A stretch of 64,000 nucleotides of DNA from assembly GCA_015680685.1 (NCBI GenBank), contig MNCI01000745.1:142824-206823 (forward strand), read 5' to 3'. Shown in pieces: positions 50,834-64,000 of this stretch. The translations under genes and the position numbers were made by a program. The stretch's first letter is position 1. The number at the start of each line of letters is the position of its first letter. Below the pieces are notes generated by a model. It had not been told where the DNA came from and did not search any database. It saw only the letters and a program-made list of their open reading frames with translations. The stretch comes from Gnetum montanum. Its lineage: Eukaryota > Plantae > Gnetophyta.

Positions 50834-51708
50834 TATGTAAAAGGAATTCTGAAACTAGTTTCAGATCCAATTGAGACTTCGTGGACATAAGTACATATAT
50901 TCAGTTCAGTTTCAGTTTCAATTTTTGAACTTGGTTATTTAAGTAATACTAGAACTAACATCCAATGTGCGAGTAACCAACTTATCCAATAATGTGAAGG
51001 GGACACTTGGTATATTGAAATATATCTAGTGAGAAGCAAACATGCCCTAATTTCACCACATAAATCCAGTTGATCTCCGTACAAGTAATGAATTGGCAAA
51101 TGCTATAATAAAACGATATAAAGAGCCAGCCATCGTCTTAGGATAAAGATATACATGTTTGTATAATCAAATCATCTCTAAGAAATTATTATATGTATTA
51201 TTTACCCTTCAATGAAGCTGTATGCATTTATATAGTAAACACGATTGTCATTACAGACTGATTAAAAATTACTGTATAAAACTAAACTAATTACAATAAA
51301 GAAATAATAAAACGCAAATATAAAGAATGCAGTAAGTATTTGTAGTCAATCTTCCATCAACACTGCTAAGCAAACCAAGTGTATAATCGAAAATTGTACT
51401 TAGGCTGCAATGACTATGTTACTAGTAAGAAGACATAAAAGATCATTTAGGAACCGATAACTAGTTGCATTAAAATGGATATTAAACCTAATTGTCAAAG
51501 GGTGCAATATGTGGTCAATAGTATGACTTTTATTGCCAATGGTCAATACATCCAGATTTGTTTGGTTACTGGTCTACGCCTTTGTATAACTACTAGGCAC
51601 AGATGTTGCAAACACTTACTGACTGCTTGCTAAAATTACTGATTCAAAGTGCAGGAATTTCAAGACTTGGACAAGATGTGTATTTCTAGCCCACAACCCA
51701 AGGCATAT

Positions 51709-53361
51709 TGATGCGGACATCAATAAATGTATTCCTGATGTTGTGTGTCCTTGTGTGTGTGTTTCTTCATGTTTACTGGTGTTTCCAGGCATTCAGGGTA
51801 GTAAGAAGATCAAGAAATGTCAAAGGGATGACTTCGGAATGTTTTTGGCAAAGTCAGAGCGCTTGCAGCCCAGACATCCCAGAGGCTCAGACGTCTCAAA
51901 AGAATGTGAACTAGTTTACAGGCCAAAAGTCTTGGAATGGCCAGAAGTCTTGGCCAACGATATCTTAGCTCCTGTTTCAAAGTTTTGGACAGGGCAGATG
52001 TCTTGCCAGCAACGCCCAAAGACTGAGAAAGTTGGATGTCCCAACGGTTTCAAATTCAAAATGCAGCGCCAGAGTGAAGTCAAAAGGTCATCATTGGCCT
52101 ACAAATTGACACCAAGGGTATGGTTTGAGGACACATGTTGGAAAGGAGAATTGAGCATCAATGATTTTTTCCATTCTAAGGCAAAAACCTTAGGAGGAGT
52201 ATTTCATGTTTTTTATTAAAAAAAGGACGTTGTTATGATGTAAATGGACTTGGAAGTCCATAATTTTTTTTAAAGTCATATTGGTATTTGATAGGCGGAT
52301 GTGACTGATTTTGGCCCCAAATACACTTTTAAAATTCCACAAGTTAAAATGAAGGGACAAGGCAAACTTGTCCCAAAATGATGTATTATGGCCCCAATTT
52401 GTTTCTATAAATAAAAGGCCATTTCTCTCTTTGACATACTAAAAAAGAAGAAAGCTTGTTTGATGAACAAAACAATTTGATGATCAATGAATTTTAGAAT
52501 TTTCTGATAAAGAAATTTAATAATTCAATTTACCAACATTCATCATCTTCTCTCATCATTCTCCTCTGTCTCATCTCTCTCACACTTCATCTTCCTCATC
52601 ATTGCATCATTACTCTCATCAACATTCATCATTTTCATCAATCCCGCATTTAAGAACAAATCCTAGATGATCAGGTGAAGTTAAATTGAAGCCCGAATTC
52701 AAGTTAAATTCGTTGAGGTGAAGAATTCTGGAAAAATCAATCAATTTTGAGAGGCAATCTTTTGAGTTAGATTTGACCAATCAAATGACATCCAATTAAG
52801 ATGCAAATTTTACAGGCAAATAGATATTTCCGAGAGCTTTACAACAAGCCCAAGAACAGCTCAAAACTCCTAATAATGACGAGTTATGGCCTCTCAAAGT
52901 CTGCTAAAAATTCAAAAATTTCCACCACAACCCATGGTGAGGTCGTGGTCAGCCAAAAAGCCTCATTTACTCAAAAAATTCTAACTAATATGAAGCCGCT
53001 TCCACACTCCTCAAGAACCAACAATTTTGAAAAGAAGTTCAATGGTCATTTGAGAGAGGAGAGTTGAGCTAATCTTGAGCATTCTTGTTGTGTAAGTCAT
53101 TTTGGCAATTGGGAAAGAGTGTGTGAGAAGTCATTCTTGTTCCATGGCTTTGTGCCTTGTTTGTTGAAAGTTGATGTGAGAATCTTGAGAAACTCTTTGT
53201 CCTTGGGACAAGCTTCCATTCTATTTCTTGTATCATCAATGCATTGTGATAAATAAATGCAAAATACTGGTTCACTTCATAGATCATTAATATTCCATTG
53301 TAAAAATCTGATTTTGCTTTATAGAAACATTCTGATCTGAAGTGGAGTGGTGATCCTATCA
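51709..53361 (+). repeat. solo-LTR-like sequence (~1.65 kb; possibly composite) in an ALB3 intron
   Basis: Starts TGATG, ends CCTATCA; TATA 'ctataaata' at ~52405; U3 resembles the CRM LTRs. No matching TSD (CATAT/AAACC). Confidence 0.5.
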
Positions 53362-53559
53362 AAACCTGTTTTCATAACAAGTTTTCCAATCCAATAATGA
53401 GGAGCTAACCTTAGAAACAACAAATGCCATCCTTGTCCTCACTAGAAGCATAATATAGAGCATTGTAGGAGACTCTGAAAGATCTTTGGATAAATTAACC
53501 TCTATTGGAAACCAACATTTAAGTGTCAAAACCAATTAGAATTTACTGTAATAATCAGA

Positions 53560-54423
53560 TGATGTGGAACCTACCTCAATAGACCCCAAAAGGACCCATT
53601 CCACAAGTTCCTTAAGCAAATTCACCTTAGAAAACAAGAACATCACAATGAAATGAAGAAAATCCCCCTATTATTAAGAAAACTCTCAAATATAGAGAAA
53701 TACGTCAAAGATAAGGAGCCAAGCTCAACTCACACCTCTCCCAAGGATCTTTGAGGCCACACATGTCCTCAATTGCTTACAATGGAGCCAAACCCCAAGA
53801 CAAGACAATTATAAGATATTCTCTCAAGTGCTCTCCCTTGCCTCTCACTCAAATTCACTTGCAAAAGCTCACTTCTTGAGACCTCTCAAAGCTCCTACTT
53901 CACTCTTTTCTCTCACTCTTGCCCAAACTCAGGCCTTGGACTCTTATTTATAGTTTCTTGGTGTGACCTTTCATCTTCCTTTACATCTAAAAATACAAAT
54001 TAATTTCCATTGCTTGCCAAAGACATCTTGGACATGTGGGAGACATCCCAACTAAAAGCCACAATAATCAGGGGAGAAGTCTTGCAGAAAGTGGAGACAT
54101 CTTTGAGGAGACGTCTTGCAGGAGGTGGAGATGTTTTAGAGGAGACGTCTTGTAGGAGGTTGAAATGTCTTGCAAGAGGTGGAGACGTCTTTTCTGCCAG
54201 GGCCAAAATTCAGGATGCTCATTTTGAGGTCTGGAACCTCTAGACACCTCCAAACAAGTCCCCATTGACCCTGAAACCCCCTAAACTCATCAAAATAGGC
54301 TTCAAACACCCCCAAACATGTCAAAACACCCTAGAATCATCATCAATATGGTCAACACAAGAAAACAAACACACAAACAAAATACATTGACAATTACACA
54401 AGGACCGGATGATGTCCTCATCA
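53560..54423 (-). repeat. solo LTR related to the CRM element LTRs
   Basis: TGATG...CATCA; TSD TCAGA/TCAGG; shares 'aaactcatcaaaat..aacatg.caaaaca..agaatcatcatcaat' with 38085-38150; AGACGTCT array at 54020-54190. Confidence 0.75.
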
Positions 54424-55592
54424 TCAGGTAACTTTCTGTTTAAAAAAAAAACATGGTTGCTCGCTAAAGAAGCAAACACATTGAAATTCATATGTATTTT
54501 ATTTGAGAGTAGTTTGAGACAACTTTAATCCTCTTATTTTAATTATTAAATGTTAGTGGAGCAATTCATGATCCCAAGTTTTTATTTTAAATATTCATAA
54601 ATTAGGAAATAAGAATATGGATAAAGATTATCTGTAAGAATATGGTTATCAATAAGCTAAAAAACGTAAGAATGCAGGTAATATCCACGGAAAATGCAAC
54701 AGAAAATATTCATGGAGAAAAATGCAAATATAAATTTTGGATGATAGATGAAAGGAAGCAATTACGGAAAATTTTACATACAAATTTTCTTAAAATGTCA
54801 TGCAAAGATATATGATGTCACATAGTAGGATGTTGTCTCAGACCTTTCATACAAGATACAATTATATGCCTTAAGAAGAATTAGGAATGATACTGAGAAA
54901 CCTTAAAGATAGTGTCTTTTTTCTTTTGTTTTTCGAAAGAAGGCAACTCCTGTAACTATTGTGGTCGGGTCACATGTCTAGAGTTCAAGAAGCAAAATGG
55001 TTAAAGATACAGTCTTCTATCAGAAGTGCCTCAAAACCAGACTTCAAACCATTGAAATTTTGTCTATAAATAAATAAACATTGCTGTTAACAAGATAACT
55101 GTCATCAAAATAGTCATTGTTGCTAATTGTAACGATGTCTAAATAAACTTGTCTCTCCATAGCCAAAGAGCATTGGTCCGGACACTCCAGTTGCGAAAGC
55201 ATCTATCTGAATGAAGTTTTTTATTTTTTAAAGAGGATATTTTTGATGAGGTCATAAATCATAAGGTAATCCGATAACAGCACCACCCAATCATACAGTT
55301 GTAACAGACACTGTTACTAACAGGGCTAAGCGTGTTTAAAAACCCGTATATTAAGATTTTATAACTGTGTTCCTGGTTGCCCAGGTGAAAGTAAAATTCT
55401 TACACCAGTTAAATGCGCTCCATATATATAAACAAGATTGTTTACTTGTTAAGTTAACTAGCTAAGACTTTATCACATAGCTTACTGTTTGATAAGTAAC
55501 ACTTAAGGATTCGGTGTGAATTGTGAGTCAAAAAAAGGGGCAGATCTAAATACGGTGCAGAAAGACAAAATCAATAAGCAAAACAAATATAC

Positions 55593-55653
55593 CTGCCAAC
55601 GGATTCACACCAGCTTGCTTGTATAGCCGTGCTATCTCAAGCTGTATGCGTTC
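55593..55653 (-). CDS. ALB3: ALB3 exon: ERIQLEIARLYKQAGVNPLA(G)
   Basis: AG/GT bounded, 61 nt, phase 0 to 1. Confidence 0.92.
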
Positions 55654-56895
55654 CTGAAATATTTAAAGGATTAGAAACGAAATCCTAGAAAATGCTTGAC
55701 TGATGATATGATTCTATTTTAACGAACTTCATAAAAGTATTTGTTTAACTGGTAAAATATAGGTACAGCCGTTAATTACATTTTAAAATGTATTTCCAAA
55801 ATTAACTATATCAATTACTCTTCTCTTACTATAATTGCAAACAAAATATTGAATTACAGACAACTATTTGATGTGCTGGCTGCTTTCTTCAATGTATGTA
55901 ATGTAAATTCATATATATGATGTATGGATCGGTACCTTGAAATTAACTTGGTTAATGCCAAAACTGGCCCTTCAGCCAGACGCTTGAGGCAGTTATGGCA
56001 AGTAAAAATGTGTATGAAAGTATCCACCACCATGAAAAATGTCATCAATTCTAATGATTGAACCTGAGCAATGTGATTCTTGTTCTGTATTTTTCCCTTC
56101 CATGCCTGAAGAGGTTGGTATACATTTATTTATATGGTCTTTTGGATGACGCCATGCAAGAAAATATATCAGTTGCTGAGCAAACTGATTGTAAAGTAAA
56201 TAATACAATGTGTCTTACAATGGATAATAACCTAGTTCAACCATGTCATATGATGAGGCGTCCGGAGGCAGTTTTGGATATCACTGTAAGCTCTATAAAT
56301 AAAATGATTGTATGAGACATGGTATTTATAGTCATCATGGTTTGAGAATAGTTGGAGAATTCAGCATCAGCCAAAAACTTCCCCACCTTTCATAGAGATC
56401 TTCAATACTGAAACCCTAGAAACTGTGTAAAACCCATGGCCTATTTATCAGATTCCTTGACATATCACCATTGATCTGGCATCATTGGAAGATAGCCTGG
56501 AGTCGGCCCTTGCAAAAGCATTCACTGCTTCATCTTGACATGAAATCTCCCCTTCATCTACAGATTCATCCCCAAGCATATCTTCCAACATCTTCATGGG
56601 AAGACCATCATGTCCACAGCTTTCTTCAATCCATTCATATATCTGAATAGCGCCTGCAGATTTACCTTGTTCTTCTTGGAATCCATGAGGATTTCTTCAA
56701 AAATCTAAGTATAATGAATTTCTTTGAAAATTTGAAAACCATTGTGCCTCTGACGGTTTTTGCAACAAACCCTAGCTAAATGTCTGCTTGCACAAATATG
56801 TTCACTTCTGCAAAATCAAAACTACCAAGATACCATGGCAATGTAGAACAAAATAGCACAACAGTTAACACAAAGTAAAACAACAAAACAAAGCA

Positions 56896-57257
56896 GGTGA
56901 AATTTATTCTTCTCCCTGCACTTCTTCCAATTCACGTGGGATTATTCATTCCCTCTCCACCTACCCAGAGGGGTGCATCAACTCCTCCTCTTTCTCAGCT
57001 TAATGGAAGATGCTCCCGCATCAGACCCTTCAAGGAGGCTTGGTCTTCCAAGGTGTGTGCAAGGCATCACCTGCACTCTAATACCACTCTGATACCACCC
57101 TAATGGAAGCGCTACAATACCCTGATATCAAAATGCCATGATCCATCAGATCCAATGATAAGCGATCACATGGTGCAATTTAATCTTTCTCACTATTCTT
57201 CTTCCGACTCCTATGGAATTATTCCCTCCCTTTGTACCAACCAAGAAATCTACATCA
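56896..57257 (-). mobile_element. TRIM-like miniature LTR element remnant
   Basis: Diverged ~85-bp direct repeats ending CATCA (56896-56980, 57171-57257); PBS TGGTATCAGAG at 57087-57097; PPT GAGAAAGAGGAGGAG at 56982-56996; ~115-bp internal domain. Confidence 0.55.
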
Positions 57258-58911
57258 ATTCCTACTTTTCTCAAGTTAATGAAAAATACTCTTGCATTAC
57301 TACATAACCGGGGAACTCAATCGTCAATGACCACAATTTAGGGCTTAACCATTTAAATAAGAAAAAAGCTATAGAAGATTCCCACAAAGCTAATAATTAA
57401 TCCAAATGATCATGTCCCAATTAATCTAAAGACCCACAATTTATTTGAATATAGCATAACCCAAACACCAAATGTAAAGCAATGAAAATGGTTCATGCAC
57501 CAATAAGGGTTTCCCTATACTATTGTATATGTGTAAAATATTTTCCAATTCCCCAACACGATCATTTATTAAGGCTGCCAATGTGATGTCATGTCTGCCT
57601 CTTAGAAAAGTAGAGGCATCAAAATCTATGTTTCACATCACTTAAGAGTACAGAAGTACACACCGAAATAAGTTTGAACATATGTTTTGTGGGGCAAGCA
57701 AGGTGAGAATAGATGTCAAAAATACCCAGAGAAAAAATAGTTTCAGAATCCTTTACAAAATTATCTGTGTTTGAATTTAAAATACAAGTTAATATGCACA
57801 AACTAGTGTCATCTCTTGAAGGCACATTAAAAATATGTGTCCAGGTAGACGGCCATAGTGAGTCATTGTCAAATCATTTGCCTACCTTAACAGTCAGCCC
57901 ATCATAGATGAGATAAAGGCACCAAGATGATGGATGCCATGTCTTCAATAAAGTCCTTTTCAAAACTTGTTTAATAACACTTTTTCTTGAAAAGTGCAGA
58001 CAATTCAACGTTTCACTAACCAAAGGCAAATGGTAGCAAGTAAAAATACCATGATACAACCTATAAAACAAAAATAACATGAATTAAAACATTTATCACA
58101 ACCATCAAAGTAATATAGTCATCAGTAATAAGCTAACTATCAATAATGTGTAGGAACTAAAGGCTTTATCTATGTCATCAAGGGCAATAAAAAGAAAACA
58201 TTCAAGGTTCTCTTTCTTCTTAAGGTCAGTTCATGCATAAAAAAACATATTTTTATGCTGAAAATATGCACCTGTCCACTGTGCACTCACACCAACACTT
58301 GCACATTACACACGAACACTTACGCCCTCACATGAACACCTATGCACCCCACATGCATCACACCAGAAGCACAAGCAGAAGCATGCACCACTAATCAAAA
58401 GCATGAACAGAAACATATTCTTGAACCTGCAGTACACTCACATTTGGGAGGTGCTACTGAACAATTGGGAGCATGTGCGTGCTCCCAAAGGTTGGAGTGC
58501 TAAATTTTGAATGGGAGTGCTGCTATGTTATATAGATCCACGTGAAATTACAAGAACCCATAATTGTATGCACCCTCTTACCATCCAGCACCAGAAATCA
58601 ATGTATATATTACACTGACAAGACAAGGAAATATGTCTATGGACAAAATTCAAATCTTAACTTGTGATTTGCCAGGTATACATCATTTGATCTACTAGCG
58701 TCGGCAATTCTAATCTTTGAAATATTTCAAAAGGCATTTTTAATATATGATTTATTTTACACCTATGGATAGGCTGATGCATGGCGTAAAACTACAATTC
58801 CTGAGATTAAATTAGGAAACATAAAGGAAGCCAGACATCTGTTGCCTGCAACCTGCTGCATGTTAATTACATACAAACCACATGCCAAATATTGTATCTG
58901 TGTGAACCAAC

Positions 58912-58986
58912 CTTATCACCTTCGTATCTATTCTGGATTGCCTTGATTTTAGGTTGAAGATTTTGCATAGCTATAGTGGATTCCAC
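58912..58986 (-). CDS. ALB3: ALB3 exon: VESTIAMQNLQPKIKAIQNRYEGDK
   Basis: AG/GT bounded, 75 nt. Confidence 0.92.
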
Positions 58987-61900
58987 CTACATAAAAAACA
59001 TAAAAAGTCAAGAAAGCAGATAAAATTGGCATAATCAAGAAAACGTGAAATTCTTACTATTTAATACACAACTACTGTGATTTAAATTTTAAACAATGAA
59101 AAAAGAGGGAAGAAATTATGTTTAAGCTTATCTTAATGGAATCTTTGACTCTTGAAATAAGAAATCATGTTTCATGGCTGGTGCAAATGGTGACTTTAGC
59201 CAACCCCATTCTGTTGGGATAAGGCTAGGATGATAATGATGATCAGACTTTTCATTTTTACTAAGACTACACAATTTTCTTTTTCTTAGTAACAATATTC
59301 CTAAAATAAAAAACACGCAAAATTTCTGCTGAAGCATTTATTCAAGCAGCCAAAATTTCACAAACGCCAAGAACTTTGAAACAATTTACTGTGAAACACA
59401 AATGCATTTTAAAAAAACATTTGAAAATATATGAAAATTTATATTTTTTAGGTTCTCAAGTAACTATTTAACTGCTTTTCTTCCATTGCATGTCCTTTAA
59501 CTTACTTAGATGGCCAAACATTATGATTTCCTTCTAAATGATAAGAAATTAACATGCTAATCATAAAATCATTATTACATGTTGATAAGTCATCATGTAC
59601 AACTCAGACACAGTTGCATCCCCCAACCAAAATTCAAATCAAGTCAAACTGCAACAAAAACAAGAACTTGAAATATTGCCTGGATGACAAGCCTAAGAAA
59701 AAATATGTTGCTTTGATTCAGTGGAAGTAAAACAAGCCAGAAAATAAAATTGATAAGAAAGATAACACAGAGATTACATTGAATGGAAACCAGCAGAACT
59801 TTCATTATTCTTTAGGAATGCAAGAGATAGACGATGGAAATTCACGTAAAGCTTTTGTTGTACTCCAAAAATCAGAAATGTACAAGGCTACTCAGGAATG
59901 AATAGAGCATCTATAGAATTATAAACACTCCCAACTCTATCTATCTTCCCTTCGGCATACCTCAAACACCTTCCAGATATCTCTTAAATAGATTCCCAGC
60001 CAAACAACTGATGGACGACAGTGATTGCCAATAAATTATCGGCTGTTACAACATGTAACATCCTAACAAATAGAGATGATGATTACAATTGTCAAAGCCC
60101 AAAAATAGGGATGTCTAGCCACGATTACAGTTTATCACAGTGGTTACAAACTGTTACAGAAGTTGCAATTCATCACAGTAGTTATAAACAGAAATTTGCA
60201 ACCATATATAAGTATTTATCAGAGAGGTGCTTCTACAGATTTGGCTTCCCTATTTCCTAACACATTTACTGCTATCCTAACTATGTTCCAACTCATTTTT
60301 TTCATCTACCTAATGTATAAGGGTCACAATTAGCAGCATGTAAAAATACCAATCGGCTACTTTTCTAGCTGGTTGCTCAGCCTTGTTCCAACCAAAGAAA
60401 TCAAACTTGTGATGTCTAATTTAAAAGTCAAAGAAAGTTCCTCGTAATAGAAACTCCACATAATAAAATCTTCTTCTCATCTACAACAATCATATAATTT
60501 TTTTTTAACAAAATAGAATAAAGGAAAACTAAAATTGCAACACAATCAAAAATGTGTGTCCCATTCAAATTTGAAACATGTCACTAATATGTTAACACGT
60601 AGCAAAGAGGCATGGCTCTAGATTTACACAAGAAAAGAGAAAAGACCTGAAAGCAATGTCCAAGACTATAGTTATCAGAAATACAATTTTTTGCCCAGGT
60701 TTTACATTCTTACAATGAAAAACATAAAATGAATCCAAAAAACATATTGGAAACACAACAGGTTTCTAATAATATTTTAGTTTAAACAGAAATTTGAAAT
60801 GACTGCAACTGTGTGAAGTGCAGCATAGACAACAACCGAATTGTTGTGTGATAGGAGTGTGCATTAATTTCCTGGGACATAAAAACAAAGTTGCAGTGCA
60901 TTGAATTTCATATACGAAAATCACACTATTGTATTCTTAAACTAAGAATGTGTTTACTCCATCCTTCTGAAATGTGGATCGGATCACATTTTATTGTTTT
61001 CATTTTAGAGATTCCAAATCGTAGATCACTTAGAATCATGATCCAGAATCTGGAATCACAACATTGAAATAACCTAAAATGTTATCAGAGTTCTCTGTAC
61101 TTTGAAAAACATATGTACTTCTGTTAACAAAATGTAACAAACAAGTTGAAATCATCTGGAATTGCCTGGAATCAAAATTACAATTCCAGCACCACTCCAG
61201 ATGAAGGTGAGCCACATTGAGATTGTTGATTGCAGGAATTAAGATTCTGATCAGCATTTCATAAGTATGGTGTACTCCAAGAATCAAGAACAAGGAAATC
61301 TTCATTTAATAATAAGGATGTTGACATTCAGTTGTATATAATAGGATAATACTGTAGTTCGTATAAATATTTAAGGACTATTAATTAGCCTACCATTGTG
61401 TGCAAAGCTTTGGAAGTGTCACATGGATTATTTTTCATTTTGTGTAAGCCTCGTCACCAATTTCTCAGAATCTTTGTTAGTGGGTGCCTAAAGCTCAATT
61501 ACATAAATTTTTCATTCAAATTATCGGTGTACCTTTGAAAGATATTCTTAACACACAGCATTGCATACTTTTATATAAATTTTAAATACTCCAATGTATT
61601 TTTAGGATTGCTAATTGAACGGATGAAGGCACTCAATCTGCTGGATCAAGAGGTTTGGAACTGGCCAAAGGGGTAACACAAGGTACACATGATTTCCTAC
61701 CAGAGAAAGGCGGTAGCATTCAGTTTCCAAACACCGACATGTATCAAAACTAGGTAGTGCATGGCTGAAACTACTTTGATTTCTGATGTCAAACATTTTT
61801 TTTGAAAAAAATGAATTGAACAAAAGAATAATTGATACACCCTATAAGTCACCATATCAAATTACAACAGATGCATGGTGATTAGTCTTGACATAATACT

Positions 61901-62348
61901 CATGGACAAAAGTCAAAGAGATGATTAAAGCAAACTTAATGGTGGTTGCAATACATATAACAAAGCATTAATGGTAGGGTCATTCATTTTCAAAAGAAGC
62001 TCAAGTAGCACTGAAAAGTGATCATATGCTTCAAAGGTACTAATATCACATCAAAGGCATTTGGCCTACAGGATGGAAGAAATATCTCCAGTAACATGCA
62101 CAGCCTAGTTCAAAAGGAATAAGAGAAACGATGCTACTGTATGGTTGTGCTTTGTAAGAAAAATGGGTAATGAGGCTAACATGTTTTGAAAATTCATAAA
62201 CAATAATCTAAGGTGAATGATAAAAACTCTTCAATGACATAACTGTATTAAATGTATACATACAAAGAATTCAACTCAGTAAAAACATAAAGCATGTTTC
62301 TCACATAAGAAAAATAGAGTGACACATACAAGATACAATTGTGTTTAC

Positions 62349-62459
62349 CTGCTTTTTTGTTTATGGAAAGGTAGCTATTTTCACTAGCACCGTGAGAGTG
62401 ATTGTAGCAAAACCATATGCATATGGTACATGGATAGTTGTAAGCCCGTCTTTCAAAAC
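62349..62459 (-). CDS. ALB3: ALB3 exon with in-frame stop: VLKDGLTTIHVPYAYGFATITLTVLVKIATFP*TKKQ
   Basis: AG/GT bounded, 111 nt; TAA replaces the conserved Leu of PLTK.Q. Confidence 0.9.
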
Positions 62460-63490
62460 CTATGTTAAAAGCCAAATAAATGAAATTGTCAATTGCACAT
62501 CCAACCCATCTATTTAAACAATGCATATAATATTTCACAATTTAACAACTGCTTTTGAAGTTGACCTAATTTTATTATTTAAAAAGAAACATATGCGTTC
62601 AGATGTCCTTTTGCCTATTTCCACCTTCACGGTTGACTTGCTATCCCTTACCTGTTAAAAGTAATAGAACACATACCAGGCTAAACTGCCGCGATGCAAT
62701 CCCGCATAAATTATATATATATGAGATAAGCATTACTCAAGGATGCTACAATAAGTATTTGAAGTGAATGGCTTGAAACAGAGGCATTTGTATCATTCTG
62801 CATAATATATCGTAAAAGTCATGAGATAGCATGTTGAAGAGAAACGGAAAGGGGATTACAATTTTTATAAGGGATGCTTAAAGATTAATTGTCTTGCATA
62901 AGAGTAACAAGATGCACGATATCATACTGGAGCAATTGATGATCCTTGAACAAGACTACACCCGTGTCCATAGACCATAGTTTGTATAAACTCTCTCATT
63001 CAACAATATCTCTTAGAAGATAACATTATTTCATATGAATCCATGGTTTTTTTCAGAACAGAAGCAGAGTGTGTTTAAATCCATAATACATGCTGCATAT
63101 TATATGTTGCTTTAAGCTGCATAAATGTCTGTGTTCTGTGCAAGGATGTTACAGCATAAGGACAAAGCAGTTCAAAAAGGATTCCACTCTTTCATCACAG
63201 GAATTCAAATAGGTTTCAACAGAAATATAAAATTACTTTCAATGAATACAATGGCTCAAGACTTGGAATACCATAGAGAAGGAGATGCAAAGTAATTTTA
63301 AGTTAAAGAGCTTAAGGTCAAAAGTAGAAGCAAAGAAAAAAATTAGCTTCAGACACATTAAAAATAATTCTTTGGATTCCACTGTCCAGTAGGTTACAGC
63401 TCATATCTCAATTAGACTTCGCAGTTTTATCAACATGCCTCATTTGAGTTTACATCATCTAAGAAAAGACGATAAACATGGATTCAGTTG

Positions 63491-63542
63491 TGCCCCAAAC
63501 TAGGATTTGAACCTACAATTAAAATCTGTTAACAGTCAGCCC
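63491..63542 (-). pseudogene. decayed 3' part of a tRNA-Asn(GUU)-like sequence
   Basis: Minus strand: CTGTTAA anticodon loop, GTAGGTTCAAATCCTA T-arm, then TTGGGG; D-arm missing. Confidence 0.4.
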
Positions 63543-63941
63543 AAAAGAACAAAACACAAACATAGTAACAGTGCAACGGGAAGAAGGTACATGTAGGTTA
63601 TGTTAGTCCGAAGTCATCCTTGAGGATGAGTAAAGTGTTTTTTTTTATGCTTTAAATATAATATTTCTGCAAAAAACAAAATCTCATGATTTTTTTCATG
63701 CAGTGGTAATTAGCCACTTTGTTGAGCTCGTTTTTTGGTTTTCATGAATGTATTGGCTGGAACAAAATCTCTAGTTTCCAAAATTAAACTTCAGTGGAGC
63801 GATAAAAACAGTGAAATTACAAGAACATGCTGGGATAAATTACGATATTTGAACATTCCTGACCATGGTGTTGCAGCTGCTAAGATAAGAAGCATTGCAA
63901 ATGAAATGGAACGAAAGCTAAAAAGGTAACCAGCGAAATAC

Positions 63942-64000
63942 CTTGAGAAATCCTTCAAGTCCATCAGCTAAAAAGCTGAACCAGCCGGATTTCTTGGCAG
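63942..64000 (-). CDS. ALB3: ALB3 exon (partial): AKKSGWFSFLADGLEGFLK
   Basis: GWF.F..D..E..LK motif; GT donor at 63941-63940. Confidence 0.85.

Larger units (their letters stand above)
42387..64000 (-). pseudogene. ALB3: ALBINO3 thylakoid membrane insertase (YidC/Oxa1/Alb3 family), 11 exons visible, 5' end outside window; nonsense plus frameshift lesions
   Basis: Exons translate to hallmark ALB3 segments (HVPYAYGFA, VEST.AMQNLQPKIKAIQ, YKQAGVNPLAGCLPTLAT, EGFFWIPSL, DGHPPLGW, KFLPLM.GYF.LSVPSGL, NN.LS..QQ.WLRKLGGA, KRSKRSKR). All junctions are GT-AG. TAA at 62361-62363; exon 44225-44326 is 2 nt short of frame. Confidence 0.9.

Noticed and set aside
51743-54324. ORFs within the intronic solo LTRs
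   Set aside because: Arise from repetitive U3 motifs; no recognisable protein.
56340-56700. Acidic coding-like stretch on the minus strand in an ALB3 intron
   Set aside because: No ALB3 homology and no recognisable family; cannot be supported as a feature.
58465-58488. Palindrome ttgggagcatgtgcgtgctcccaa as a terminator, miRNA or Helitron end
   Set aside because: Too short for a pre-miRNA, no downstream CTRR end, and intrinsic terminators are not relevant here.
62361-62363. Rescue of the ALB3 stop by U-to-C editing or readthrough
   Set aside because: Nuclear intron-containing gene; editing would give Gln rather than the conserved Leu, and the downstream frameshift would remain.

Overview
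AT-rich land-plant nuclear DNA (draft assembly with N gaps at 639-1449, 2109-2312 and 21637-21659), dominated by retroelements. No prokaryotic features or CRISPR were seen. The window holds: (i) the 5' part of an Athila/OTA-like Ty3/gypsy element inserted into a related LTR (1-3304); (ii) a frameshifted DUF674 gene (6010-6643) and a second DUF674 remnant (13722-13982), among solo LTRs and a LINE relic; (iii) a nested complex at 17277-39192, in which a ~1.5-kb TG..CA element with a 5-bp TSD and ~0.5-kb inverted arms (fold-back, LTR-like) carries a full-length Athila-like element (17479-30932, TSD ATGAA) and a full-length CRM-clade chromovirus (31350-38269, TSD AGGCA); (iv) an ALB3 (YidC/Oxa1/Alb3) gene on the minus strand (42387 to beyond 64000; 11 exons visible, all GT-AG) with an in-frame stop and a 2-nt frameshift. 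Its introns host a Penelope-like relic, solo LTRs, a TRIM candidate and tRNA-derived SINEs. All calls are by-eye motif recognition; no database searches were run.
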